From contig NW_027590177.1 in NCBI RefSeq assembly GCF_964213995.1, forward strand, positions 558,001-622,000: DNA of 64,000 nucleotides, read 5' to 3'. This stretch comes from Mustelus asterias (lineage: Eukaryota). Made by a program: the position numbers and the translations under genes. Below are positions 32,461-45,044 of the stretch, in pieces (position 1 is the first letter of the stretch; every line of letters begins with the position of its first letter). The notes under the pieces were generated by a model that saw only the letters and a list, made by a program, of their open reading frames with translations, did not search any database and was not told the origin of the DNA.

Positions 32461-33040
32461 AACACCAGCTGATGAATGGAAAGTGATGGGAGACCTGGGG
32501 GGGGGGGGAAAACACTTCACCCGAAACCAGCACTGGAGCAGAGTTAGAGAGTGGGAGAGGCCCGGGGGGGGGGAAACAACACAGGAAATGGAGTAGCTCA
32601 TTCAGCCTTTTGAGTCTGCTCTGTCAATCAGTTAGACGCTGGCTGATTAATTAGTCTTTCTGAACTTGAAGAACAAATACCTGAACAGTTAACTCCAGCT
32701 GATTATAGGGTTATTAACAGCAGCAGAAACACACCACAGCTGAATGAAACACCAGCTGATAAATGGAAAGCCTGTTCCTGTGCTGTACTTTTCTTTGTTC
32801 TTAACTGGGGGGAAGACACTTCACCAGGAACCAGCGATGGAGCAGAGTTAAAGAGTAGGAGAGCCCTGTGGACAGACTACTCAGGAAATGGCATAGGTTG
32901 TTCAGCCCTTCAAGTCTGCTCTGTTATTCAATTAGACCCTGGTTGATCCATTAGTCTATCTGAACTTGAACAAATACCTGAATTGTTAACTCAAGCTGGT
33001 TACAGCAGTTATTAACAGCAGCAGAAACACACCATAGCTA
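32461..33040. repeat. Diverged ~290-bp tandem duplication downstream of locus 8
   Basis: aacaccagctgat..atggaaag ... acacttcacc ... ggagcagagtta ... ttattaacagcagcagaaacacacc occurs twice (32461-32748 and 32749-33040). Confidence 0.85.
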
Positions 33041-33080
33041 TCAGAATGAACATGGGTCAGTGCAGGATGTGATTACCTGT

Positions 33081-33592
33081 TCAATAACTGGGGAATCTGC
33101 CTCCAGAAGACTTGTGAACTCGCTGGTGTCTCATTAGGTTTTGTGACTGAGTGAATCTGTTCCCACACACGGAGCAGGTGAATGGCCTCTCCCCGGTGTG
33201 AACTCGCTGGTGTATCAGGAGATCAGATGAGTTAGTGAATCCCTTCCCACACACGGAGCAGGTGAAAGGCCTTTCCCCAGTGTGAGCACGCTTGTGTTTC
33301 AGCAGGTGAGATGAACTGCTGAATCCCTTCATACACACAGAGCAGGTGAATGGCCGCTCCCCAGTGTGAAGTCGCTGATGAGTGCGAAGGTTGAACATTC
33401 GACTAAAACTCTTCCCACACTCGGTGCAGATGAACAGACTCTTCCCAGTGTGGCTGCGCTGATGTGCTTCCAGCTGGGATGGAGAACTGAATTCCTTCCC
33501 ACAGTCCCCACATTCCCATGGGTTCTCTATGGTGTAGATGTCCTCGTGTCTCTCCAGGTTGGATGATTTAATGTGTGTATATTTCAAATATC
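33081..33592 (-). CDS. C2H2 ZNF (locus 8), 5 fingers; spliced CDS or pseudogene
   Basis: Five intact fingers. The usual ATG is ATA (..YTIENPW..), but the frame is open back to the acceptor tttacag|g at 33592. Confidence 0.55.
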
Positions 33593-33664
33593 CTGTAAAA
33601 GGAGTTTAGAAACATCATCACTGTCAGTACGGGATTGAAATTCAGAACAGACATTTCTACTTTC

Positions 33665-34669
33665 ATAGAACGTAGAACATTACAGAGCAGTACAGGCCCT
33701 TCAGCCCTCGATGTTGCGCCGACCAGTGGAACCAATCTAAAGCCCCTCTAATCTACACTATTCCAATATCATCCATAGGTTTATCCAATAACCATTTGAA
33801 TGCTCTTAATGTTGATGAGTCCACTGATGCTGCAGGCAGGGCATTCCACGCCCTTACTACTCTCTGAGTAAAGAATCTACCTCTAACATCTGTCCTATAT
33901 CTATCATCCCTCAATTTAAAGCTATGTCCCCTCGTGCTAGCCATCACCATCCGAGGAAAAAGGCTCTCACTGTCCACCCTATCTAATCCTCTGATCATCT
34001 TGTATGCCTCTATTAAGTCACCTCTTAACCTTCTTCTCTCTAACGAAAACAACCTCAAGCCCCTCAGCCTTTCCTCATACGATTTTCCCACCATACCAGG
34101 CAACATCCTGGTAAATCTCCTCTGCACCCTTTCCAACACTTCCACGTCTTTCCTATAATACGGCAACCAGAACTGTACGCAATACTCCAAATGCGGCCGC
34201 ACCAGAGTTTTGTACAGTTGCAGCATGACCTCCTGGCTCCGAAACTCAATCCCTCTACTAATAAAAGCTAACACACCGTACGCCTTCTTAACAACCCTGT
34301 CAACCTGGGTACCAACTTTCAGGGATCTATGCACATGGACACCCAGATTCCTCTGTTCATCCACCCTACCAAGTATCTTACCATTAGCCCAGTACTCTGT
34401 ATTCCTGTTACTCCTTCCAAAGTGAATCACCTCACACTTTCCCGCATTAAACTCCATTTGCCACCTCTCAGCCCAGCTCTGCAGCTTATCTATGTCCCTC
34501 TGTAACCTGCCACTTCCCTCTGCACTGTCTACAACTCCACCGACTTTAGTGTCATCCGCAAATTTACTAAGCCATCCTTCCACTCCCTCATCCAGGTCAT
34601 TAATAAAAATGACAAACAGCAGTGGCCCCAAAACAGATCCTTGCGGTACACCACGAGTAACTGAACTCC
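33665..34669 (-). mobile_element. 5'-truncated CR1 LINE
   Basis: Open RT C-terminal ORF 33753-34685 (PQGSVLGP, FADD); tail at 33665-33700; candidate TSD actttc at 33659-33664 and 34670-34675. Confidence 0.93.
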
Positions 34670-34980
34670 ACTTTCTGTGGAACACAGTTTCTCACTTGTT
34701 CCTGTAAAGCTGTAAATCCTCATCCTGAACACTTTCCCTCCTCCCTGTCCTGCCACCAACTCCCACACTGACCAACCATCTCATATTTCAATGGATTGTC
34801 CTGTGTTTGAGTCCAGTGTGCCAGGCTGCATGGTGTGTGGGTGCTGTTTCACCCATAAGATGGATCTGTGCAGCACCCTCTTCCAACTGTTCTGGCTGCC
34901 AACCAGCCCCTGCCCACCCACGCAGTTCCAGCAGCACCACACACAATACTGCTCACCTGCTCCGACAGACTCATGAAGGA

Positions 34981-35313
34981 ATCATAGAAACCCTACAGTG
35001 CAGAAGGAGGCCATTTGGCCCATCGAGTCTGCACCAACCACAATCCCACCCAGGCCCTGCCCCCACATATTTACCCACTAATCCCTCTAACCTACGCATC
35101 TCAGGACTCTAAGGGGCAATTTTTAACCTGGCCAATCAACCTAACCCGCACATCTTTGGACTGTGGGAGGAAACCGGAGCACCCGGAGGAAACCCACGCA
35201 GACACGAGGAGAATGTGCAAACTCCACACAGACAGTGACCCAAGCTGGGAATCGAACCCGGGATCCTGGAGCTGTGAAGCAGCAGTGCTAACCACTGTGC
35301 TACCGTGCCGCCC
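34981..35313 (-). mobile_element. HE1/V-SINE-type SINE, young copy
   Basis: Near-identical to the 4114 and 25995 copies. Confidence 0.92.
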
Positions 35314-35659
35314 TAGGATGTCCTTTCATTTTCTCTGAGAGTTGGTCTGGCAAACCCAGTGTGAAATATCTTCACAAATCTTTTCTCCCGCCCTCTATTG
35401 TGGCTGGGTTCAGTTCTCTTTTGTACAGAGTGAAAATAAAATCAATTAATTATTTTCTCTCCTGGTCACTGCAGGGAGCTGCAGCTTTTTACTGGGGGTG
35501 TTGGAGCCTCCAGCGGGTGTTTGTGAATCCTCCCCGCCCACCTCCCAGGGTTTCCTTCCTTCCCAGAGATCAGAGTCCTCATTGATTTGAGGCCAAAGTG
35601 TAACCTCTTATTTATTGTCCCCCTCCCCCATCCTCTGATGTGAACCATCCTCCAGTGGC

Positions 35660-36370
35660 TGAGCCAGGATGGGGCCGTTAACCTGGGCCTGTTCCCGGGA
35701 GGGAGGGAGGGAGGGAGGGAGGGAGGGAGGGAGGGAGAAGCCCCGCAGCTGCAAACCAGGGAGCTGACAATGATTCTGAAGGGTTTGCGGATCCACAAAG
35801 TGTTTCCAAATCCTCGCAGCCACCGCCTAACGCTGACTCCGCTTCTCCGGGACAAAGGACTCTCGCTCCCGAGGTGAACAAAGCAACTGCGCATGCTCCA
35901 CATTCAGACCGAGTGTTCAACCTCCATCAACCGTACCGGACTGCGCATGTGCCAGATCGCAATGCCCTGGGGAGGGTGATTGACAGCAGCTCCGGACCAA
36001 TAGGGGGAGGGGGCGGGCCTGGAGGGCCGCCGGAAGCAGCTGGTCCTCTAACCAATCAGCGTGAAAGAGGGGCTCCAACTGAAGCATGCGCGTTGCGGGT
36101 AATGGCGACGGGGAATGCTTATTACCTAGGATCCGTAATTTGTCAGCGGAAAATCGCCGATCGGTGGGTACGATGAAACCGGCGAGTGGACGGGAAGGCT
36201 TCAGAAACAGGTTGTGCCGATCTGTAAAGTCCCCCCAAAATTTTCCGGTTACCGCATTTGCATCGAGCGGGTCAAAAATCCCCGAGATCGGCCGGAGCGT
36301 TAACAGCCTCCATCTTTATTGGGGGCAATGTGCGGCAGTACGCATGGGTGATCGCCATCTTTGTAAGGGG
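35660..36370. promoter_or_regulatory. CpG-island bidirectional promoter between loci 8 (-) and 9 (+)
   Basis: Several TGCGCATG motifs, CCAAT boxes (~35997, ~36052), a GC box, an ETS-like CCGGAAG and a YY1-like CCATCTTT. The left arm is a copy of 7519-7900. Confidence 0.72.
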
Positions 36371-36479
36371 CAATATTGTCATTGAGTGGGAGGGGCTTGT
36401 TCCCCATTGTTCAGAATGGAGACAACTTGTCCATCAAACTGCATCAACCCTCTGAGTCCCAATGTCTTATTGATGAGAC

Positions 36480-37522
36480 AGAGCGGTGGCAGAGAAGGAA
36501 ATAAATCACAAGATGCTTTCTAAATATTTTAAGGGCAAGAAGGTAATCAGGGAAAGAGTAAGTAGGTTGGTAGGTTAGGAATCAATTGTCCATTCAGCAA
36601 CCTGGGTGTGGAGCCTGAAGATGCATTTGAATCATTAAAGGAGTATTTTGCATCTGTGTTCACTGTGTGGAAGGACAATGTAGGTACAGAAAGCAGGGAC
36701 GGGTGTGTGATAGAATTGAACAGATTGTCATTGGTGGTGTGGTAAATAGCGAGGAGGACAACCTTGGATTGCAGGGTGATACAGACAGGCTGGTCAGATG
36801 GGCAGAACAGTGGCAAATGGAACTTAACCCTGAAAAGTATGAAGTGATGAATTTTGGGAGGAGGACAAGGCCAGGGAATACAGAAGACCAGAGGAACATT
36901 GCGGAGCATTCCCAATTATCCCTGAAGCCAGCAGGACAGGTGGTTATGATGGATCTGTATAAAACACTTAAGTCACAACTCGGGTCCTGTGTGCAGTTCT
37001 GTTTGGAACACTATAGGAAGGATGTGATTGCACCAGAGAGGGCAGAGGAGATTCACCAGGATGTTGCCTGAGCTGGAGCACTTCAGCTATGAAGAGTGGC
37101 TGGTTAGGCTGAGGTTGTTTTCCTTAGAGCAGAGAAGGCTGAGGGGCGACCTGACTGAAGTGTACACGATTATGAGGAACATAGATCAGGTAAATTGGAA
37201 GGAACTTTTCCCCTTAGTAGAGGGGTCAATAACCAGGGAGATAGATGTAAGTTCAGGGCCAGGAGGTTTAGAGTGGAGTGGAGGAAAAACCTTTCACTCA
37301 GAGAGTGGTGGGAATCTGGAACTCACTGCCTGAAAGGGTGGAAGAGGCAGGAATCCTCACATTATATAAGAAGCATTTAGATGAGCAGGTGAAACACCAT
37401 AGCATTCAAGGCTATGAACCAATTACTGGAAAATGGGATGAGGATAGATAGGTGCTTGCTGGCTGGCACAGACATGATGGGCCAAAGGGCCTCTTTCTGC
37501 ACTGTAAAATTCTATGACTCTA
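36480..37522 (+). mobile_element. Old CR1 LINE with internal deletions
   Basis: IGGVVNSEED..LQGDTDRLVRWAEQWQMELN and RFTRMLPELE; tail ttctatgactcta. Confidence 0.85.
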
Positions 37523-38040
37523 AATGGAGGGAATTTCTGTGCATCCAGTACAGGCTGCCAGATAAGTCAGGGTGATGTGTGGCTTGAAGGGAATTTTGGA
37601 GGGATGATGTTCACATACACCGACTACCCTGGTCCTCCTAGGTGGTGGAGGTTGGTGGTTGATTGATTTGTAAGTAAATAAAATTCCCTCCCGTCACCCC
37701 ATGCTGCTCCACTTCTCTCCTTCTCCCTCCCATAGAGAAGAGCCTGGTGTAAGTCCAGAAAAGGTGGTAGGTTCCCCTACCAGTTGAGTTTTTCACAACA
37801 ATGTCAGTTTTCATGGTCACATTTTTCTCGTATCTGCCCCATAAATTACCAAATTTGTTCAGCTTAATTTCACAGCCTGCTTTTGCGGCTTATCTCTCCT
37901 TCCCTTTTCCCTGTTTTGAAATAATTTCACATGGCAATTGGAAGGAAAGATTTGCAGTTGGAAAACTCAAACTAAACATCACATCAGAATCTGATGGAGT
38001 CGCCCAATTTATCAAAACCTGAAATCATTGTGTTGTAAAC

Positions 38041-38880
38041 ATGGAAGGAGAAAGTACCATTCACAGTGGGGAGAAACCATACGTGTGTTGTGTGTGGGGA
38101 CGAGGCTTCATCTGATTGTAGAACCTGGAGAGACACAAGGACACCCACAGCATGAAGAAACTGTGGAAATGTGAGGACTGTGGGAAGGGATTCAGTTACG
38201 CTGAGACACCAGCTCGTTCACTCTGGGGAGAGGCCGTTCACTTGCACTGACTGTAGGAAGGGATTCACTAATTCACCACATCTATTGAGACACCAACTAG
38301 TTCACACTGCGGAGAGACCTTTTAAATGCATGGACTGTGCGAAGTGCTTCAAAAGTTCTGGGGAACTGAAGTGCCATCAACATGTTCACACTGACGAGAG
38401 ACCATTCAGGTGCTCTCACTGTGCGACTCGGTTCACACAGTCATCTGATCTCACTGTACACCAGCGGATTCACACTGGGGAGAGACCGTTCACCTGCAAA
38501 GAGTGTGGGAAGAGACTCATTAATTCATCCAACCTACTGAGACACCAACACATTCACACTGGGGAGAGGCCGTTCACTTGCACTGAGAGTGGGAAGGGAT
38601 TCACTAATTCATCCCACGTGCTGACGCACCAGCAAGTTCACACTGACGAGACTGAACTGCGGGAAGTGCAACAACAGTTCTAGGGAACTGCTGTCCCATC
38701 AATGAATTCACCCTGACTAGAGATGATTCAAGTGTTGTCATTTTGGTCTGAGTTCAGGTAATCTCATCTCACTGTACACCAGTGCATTGACACTGAGGAG
38801 AGAATGTTCACTTCCTCTAAATGTGGGAAGGGAGTCACTCATTCGTCTCACCCACTGAGAACCAGTGATTTCAGAAATAA
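38041..38880 (+). pseudogene. C2H2 ZNF pseudogene (locus 9)
   Basis: MEGESTIHSGEKPYVC..., stops at 38113 and 38119, a deletion/frameshift at ~38198, about 5 recognisable fingers and then decayed ones. Confidence 0.85.
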
Positions 38881-39212
38881 CTACACTGATTGTATTTTAC
38901 TTTTAATCACAGCCAGTACTGAATCACATTCTTTGGGGTCTGTTTCTACTGCTGATGATAAACTTCAGGCCAGTTGTATGTTTTTAATCTTCTGGTTAAA
39001 AATTAAATAAATCAGCTTTACGTTAAGCAGAGTGTCAATTTTTTTGATATCTCCAATATGTTAGGAGCTTTTGAGATGCTCTGCCCATTCCCTCTTTTCT
39101 CCATCCTCACTTCCAATAACAAGTGTAAGCAGCTCACTGAGCTTCTTTAAGATTGAGAACATCCAACGAATTACCTCGACTACTTCCAACAGTCCACCAG
39201 AAAAAAAATGCC

Positions 39213-39386
39213 TCTAAAGTCAGTGCTGGTGGAGGCGAACTCAATTGGGTCTTTTAAGAGAATCCTGGATGAGTACATGGAGCTTAATAGGATGGAGGGT
39301 TATAGGTAGGTCTAGAAGGTAGGGATGTGTTCGGCACAACTTGTGGGCCGAAGGGCCTGTTTGTGCTGTAGTTTTTCTATGTTTCT
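39213..39386 (+). mobile_element. CR1 3' terminal fragment
   Basis: ttcggcacaacttgtgggccgaagggcctgtttgtgctgtag-ttttctatgtttcta tail. Confidence 0.8.
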
Positions 39387-39870
39387 AAAGTTCCTCATTG
39401 CCTTAGCCTTGAACCTGCATCTTCCTCTGGGTTCTCTCACCAATTAATTGTGAGCATCAATGGTGGTGTTTTTACCCATCATTCCCCTGGTTGAGACCCC
39501 TATCCACAGCATAGGAGAGCAGTGGGCAGGCCTGGTTCTATTCTGTGTTTGGAGCATCCGCAGTGTCAGCCATGACTATGAACAGACATTTCTCTCTTGG
39601 ATCCACGATGGGTAAAGGGGGGATGGTGGGAGCAATGGATCTGGCGGGTGGACGGAGATTCTCCGGAAACATGTTGTGGAAACCGCAAACCCCAAATGAG
39701 AAGCTACCGAGTTGACACGAGGGGAATTATCCCAGTGACAAAGCTGGAGCAGGAGGAGAGAATGTTGTGAATTTCTATCCTGGATGGATTTCGGAAACTC
39801 CTTTTACAGGGGGTTAGAAGAGGAGGATTTACACACAGCAATTTCAAACTAAAGAAAGGTTCATCTCTAC

Positions 39871-40117
39871 AGGGTGGCACAGTGGTTAGCACTGCTGCCT
39901 CACTGTCAGTGTGGAGTTTGCACATTCCACCTGTGACTTCAGGGGTTTTCTCCAGGTGCTCTGCTTTCCTCCCACAGTCAAAAGATGTGCAGGTTAGAGA
40001 ATTAGCAGGGTAAATGTGTGGGGTTGCTGGGGTTGGGCCCGGCTAAGATGCTCTTTTGCAGAGTCAGTGCAGATTCGATGGGCTGAATGGCCTCCTTCTA
40101 CACTGTAGGGGATTCTC
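39871..40117 (+). mobile_element. HE1/V-SINE-type SINE, internally deleted
   Basis: Head, V core and tail present. Confidence 0.8.
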
Positions 40118-40224
40118 TGATTGTTCGGATACAGGTCTTCAAATGGGATGGACAGGTAGATATGGACAGAATGTTTCCACTGAGACAGGAATACACAGTA
40201 AATAGTAGTAAATCCAACCACTAA

Positions 40225-40630
40225 CACCCAGACACCAAATCCAGGGACCACTTACACCCAGACACCAAATCCAGGGACCACTTACACAGAGACACCAAAT
40301 CCATGGACCACTTACACCCAGACACCAAATCCAGGGACCACTGACACAGAGACACCAAATCCATGGACCACTTACACCATGATACCAAATCCAGGGACCA
40401 CTTAAGCCAGACACCAAATTCAGGGACCACTTACACCCAGACACCAAATCCAGGGACCACTTACACCCAGACACCAAATGCAGGGACCACCTATACCGTA
40501 ACACCAAACCCAGGGACAACTTACACTGAGACATCAAATCTAGGGACCACTTACATTGTGACACCAAACCCAGGGACCACTTACACCGAGATACCAAATC
40601 CACGAGATCATTTACACTGAGACACCAAAT
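40225..40630 (+). repeat. 30-bp minisatellite, about 13 copies
   Basis: Unit gacaccaaatccagggaccacttacaccca with point variants. Confidence 0.95.
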
Positions 40631-41269
40631 TTAAGTAATAATAAAAGGACATCTATGCAAGCAGCTAATGCCACAATAAAATAAAGCTGCTTACAAACTG
40701 CGGAGAACATGTTTTTTAAAAATACATTTCTTAAAGGCACACTAGCGTCACTTTCTTGAAAACATAAAGGGCACAATCTTCCCCAACAAAAATTCTAGGT
40801 CTGAAAAGAGTCTGATGAGTTTGGCACTGCAATCTTCCCAAACTCTGTCAATTTCTTTGGCAATTGGGAGATTTGTGTCGGTGGGGGAGGGGTGTGGAGC
40901 TTTTACATGCCAGGGAAACTATCAAAATCAACGATGACAATTACAAAGATCAGAACATTTCAAAGGCTCTCACATGCAGCACGTGTGGTGGAGTTTTAAT
41001 AAACAAGATTCCAAAAGGGTTAATTAATCCAGAAAATAACAGATTTCTTCTGCAATATCATTCTACGGTTCACAGGAACTCCAGATGTGTGTAAAGTGAA
41101 ACATTACAGTTCAATTTGTCACACCCACACGTAGAACACTCAAACAGAACAAGCTTGTGGTATCTTTTCTTCTGCTGTCTGAGAGAAGAAGCAAAAACCG
41201 TGTTAAATACTAATCTCTGAGCTCGATATCCAGGTCAAAGCCTCTGGTGTAAGATTTCTTATGAGCTCA

Positions 41270-41577
41270 GGGGCAGCCAATGGTGAAGTGGTATTGTCAC
41301 TGAACAAGTAATCCAGAAACCCAAAGTCATGTTCTGGGGACCCGGGTTCAAATCCCACCATGGCAGACGGTGGAATTTGAATTCAATAACAAAAAAATCT
41401 GGAAACGAACTTTTAATGAAACCATTGCCGATTGTTATAAAAAACTCATGTCCTTTAGGGAAGGAAATCTGCCACCCTTTCCTGGTATGTTCCACGTGTG
41501 ACTCCAGATCCACAGCGATGTGGGTCTTTAAATGGTCCAGCAAGCCATTCATTTCAAGGGCAATTAGGATTGAGCAA
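41270..41577 (+). mobile_element. Deu-domain (SacSINE1-like) SINE
   Basis: Head with B box gggttcaaatccc; core gaaaccattgccgattgtt...gtcctttagggaaggaaatctgcc; tail gggcaattaggat. Confidence 0.7.
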
Positions 41578-41579
41578 TG

Positions 41580-41845
41580 AGTATGGACAGAGTAAATAGT
41601 CAGAAACTGTTCCCACTCAAGAGATCACCAAGAACTAGGGCACAGATTCAAAGTATTTAGCAAAGGAGTAAGAGTGATGTGAATAAAAATGTTTCACTCA
41701 GAGGGTGGTTGGAGTCTGGAACAAACTCACTGAGGTGGTAGTGGAGACAGGTTCGATCGAGGTATTTAAAAGAAAATTAGATTGCTATCCGAAAAGAAAG
41801 GACGTGCAATGTTAGGGGGATAAGGCAGGGAAGTGGGACTGGGTA
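41580..41845 (+). mobile_element. Decayed CR1 3' fragment
   Basis: actagggcacagattcaaagta...cactcagagggtggttggagtctggaac. Confidence 0.7.
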
Positions 41846-42272
41846 GAAACTAGAAGCAGGAGTAGGCCATTCAGCCCTTCGAGCCTGCTCCACCATTCAT
41901 TTTGATCATGGCTGATCAACAATGGTATTTCAGAACACTGGGAAATCTTCCAAAAAACAACTGACACCAACATCAAGTGCTTGTCACCAACCACCCAATG
42001 TCTTCAATAGATTTATAGGATTGATGAAGGATCAGAGTTTAATCTAGGAGGTGAACCAGACAAGAACAGAAATAATCTTGAGTACGAAAAGGCCCAAATA
42101 ATGGTCCAGTCAGTAACAGATCAATCATTCTCCTCTTATTGAAGAAATCAAACATTCAAAACACTGTGTCTGAATCAAAGCTGATTTAGTCAGGATTTAT
42201 ACAGAACACCACTGCATACCCCAGCTTTCATGCTTATTAATATCAGCAGCAACAAACTCCAACTGTGAGAAT

Positions 42273-42504
42273 GAACATAGAACAGTACAGCACAGAACAG
42301 GTCCTTCGGCCCACGATGTTGTGCCGAGCTTTATCTGAAACCAAGATCAAGCTATCCCACTCCCTATCATCCTGGTGTGCTCCATGTGCCTATTCAATAA
42401 CTGCTTAAATGTTCCTAAAGTGTCTGACTCCACTATCACTGCAGGCAGTCCATTCCACACCCCAACCACTCTCTGCGTAAAGAACCTACCTCTGATATCC
42501 TTCC
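42273..42504 (-). mobile_element. 3' 230 bp of the young CR1 subfamily, inserted in the 3' UTR of locus 10
   Basis: Near-identical to 23055-23286 and 29247-29479. Confidence 0.95.
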
Positions 42505-42569
42505 ATGGTTCAGTCCTGGATGTGATTAACAGCAGCAATAACAGCAGATTCTAAATCTAATCCCTTCAG

Positions 42570-43444
42570 TTACTTGTGAACTCGCTGGTGCCAAGCTGTG
42601 TGGATGAACGACTGAATCTCTTTCCACACACTGAGCAAGGAAATGGCCTCTCCCCGGTGTGAACTCGCTGGCGTGTCAGCAGGGTGGACGACTGAGTGAA
42701 TCCCTTCCCACACACTGAGCAGGTGAACGGCCTCTCCCCAGTGTGACTCCTTTGGTGATTAAGTAGGTTGGACACCCAAGTGAAGCCTTTCCCACAGAAA
42801 AAGCAGGTGAAGGGTCTCTCCCTGGTGTGAATGAGTTGGTGCATCAGCAGATCCATCTGGCTTTTAAAGCACTTCTCACAGTCAGGACATTTAAACAGCC
42901 TCTTATCAGTATGAACAAGTCGGTGTGTCAGTAGGTCGAATGAACGGGTGAATCCCTTCCCACACACGGAGCAGGGGAACAGTCTCTCCCCAGTGTGAGT
43001 GCGTTTATGGTTCAACAGATCATTTTTCCTTTGATAGTTTTTCTCACAGTCAGAACATTGGAAAGGTCTCTCCTCACTGTGGATTCAATGGTGTGACAGG
43101 AGGTGGGATGAGTTTGTGAAGTCTTTCCCACAGACGGAGCAGGTGAATGGTCTCTCCCCAGTGTGAACATGCCGGTGTCTTAGAAGGTGGGATGATTTAG
43201 TGAATCCTTTCTGACACACAGAGCAAGTGAATGGCCTCTCCCTAGTGTGACTGCGGTGATGAATATGTAACTCAGGTGGGTAATCAAATCCCTTCCCACA
43301 GTCTCCACATTTCCACGGTTTCTCCCCAGTGGGACAGCACTTGTGCTTTGACAGGTTTGATGAGCGACTGAAACCTCGTCCACACACAGAACATGTAAAC
43401 ACCTTCTCCCCATTGTGAACGGTGCTTTTTGATTCCATGTTCAA
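42570..43444 (-). pseudogene. C2H2 ZNF (locus 10), 10 fingers, lightly disrupted
   Basis: [14 protein letters not shown]...; a single in-frame TGA at 43085-43087 (HH*IH, CGA>TGA). The frame continues to the last finger, which is frameshifted at ~42592. Confidence 0.85.
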
Positions 43445-43954
43445 AAGTTGATGATGTTCAGGCCCTGATGAATTGGGTGTCTGTCAGATCCTGATGTGAT
43501 GTTTGATCTGAGTTTCCCACCTACAAATCCTCCTCTTCCAATATGCTGTAAAATTAATTCAAAAAGGAGAAAAAAACAGTGATAAACACAAAGGTAGGTT
43601 GTGAAATTGAGCTGAATGAATCCGGTAATTTGTGGAGCCGGCACAAGGAAAAAGTGACCACGAAAGCTGCTGGATTGTGATTAAAAACCCAAATGGTTTG
43701 CAAATGTCCTTCAATTCAGGAAACCTGCCACCCAGTCCAGATCTACACAAGAATTCAACCTTAATGGGAGGAGAAAGATAAAGATGAAACAGGGAGGGAA
43801 TGAACGGTAAGGACTTTATACATCTACAACTGGACAAGAACTTTGACAGAACCTGCCAAACCACAACCTTCACCAACTCAAAGGACGCAGGAAAACTATC
43901 ACCTCCAAATGTCGCTTTCAATCTCAAAACAACTTGTAATCCTGAGGTAACCTG

Positions 43955-44159
43955 TAACCTCCTGCATTTAAGGGGCAATTTAGCCTGGCCAATCCACCTA
44001 ACCTGCACACCTTTGGGGTGTGGGAGGAAACCGGAGCACCTAAAGGAAACTCATGCAGTCACAAGGAGAACATGCAAACTCCACACAGTCACCCAAAGCT
44101 GGAATTGAACCCGGGTCCCTGGTGCTGTGAAACAGCAGTGTTGACCACTGTGCCACCCT
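43955..44159 (-). mobile_element. HE1/V-SINE-type SINE, partial
   Basis: Head and V core. Confidence 0.8.
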
Positions 44160-45044
44160 GTGCCACTGTACTATTGTTGCTCAGAAATAAGTTTTAGGAT
44201 TTTGGCCGAGTGATTGTGAAGGCAGAGCAGTAGACTACCAAGTCAGAATAGTGTGTGATTCTGAAGAGTAAATGCAGGTAGTGGGGTTTCCACGGACAAA
44301 ATGCCCTTATCCATGTTGGAGAAGAGGTTTGTAGTTTTGGAAGCTGCTGTCAAAGGAGGTTTAGCCAATTGCTGGTAATTCTAGTAATGTCCATGTTCCA
44401 GTTATTAATTTGAAAATTTTCTAAATGTAAATTTAATGAAAATCCCCAACAGAACTACTTTTTCTTACTTGAAACACAGCTTTAAATGGTCTGTTTGGTT
44501 CTAGATTCAGTTCCATGAGCAATGCCTTCAACTAAACAAAACCAAACTCTGCAGCTGCTGGAAATCTGAAATGAAAAGAGAAAATGTTGGAAATACTCAT
44601 CAGGTTAGACAGCATCTATGGAGACAGGAACAGAGTTAATGTTTGCAGTCACTGACGCTTCTCTAATAAAACACATACCAATAGCTGCTGTTTAACGGGG
44701 CCGTGGATCCCACAATCCCCTGTGCCCCAGAAACAGCTCTATCCATCACACACATTTCCCATTATGACAGTTCTATGTCAAGAGGGCGAGCTGTTTAAAA
44801 GTCATTAAGTTCCATTTTTGCGTGTTGATGTTCATTAAAGATAAGGATCGATTTCCCCCTCATTATGTATCAATTTCAGATACTTCGGTTGAGAATTTCC
44901 ATTCCCCTACTTTCTGGTGGATAATGAATGCCTTGAGTACTTAGATTACAGTATAATTTGATTCCTAATTTTATTGACTGCACCTCTATCCCTAATTTTC
45001 ACATCGCAGCAAAAAAAGCTCACTGTTCACAAATGAGGAGTTTC

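Noticed and set aside
40225-40630. Possible CRISPR-like array (also 12960-13145 and 7205-7460)
   Set aside because: Head-to-tail tandem units with no unique spacers, in a eukaryotic context with no cas genes.
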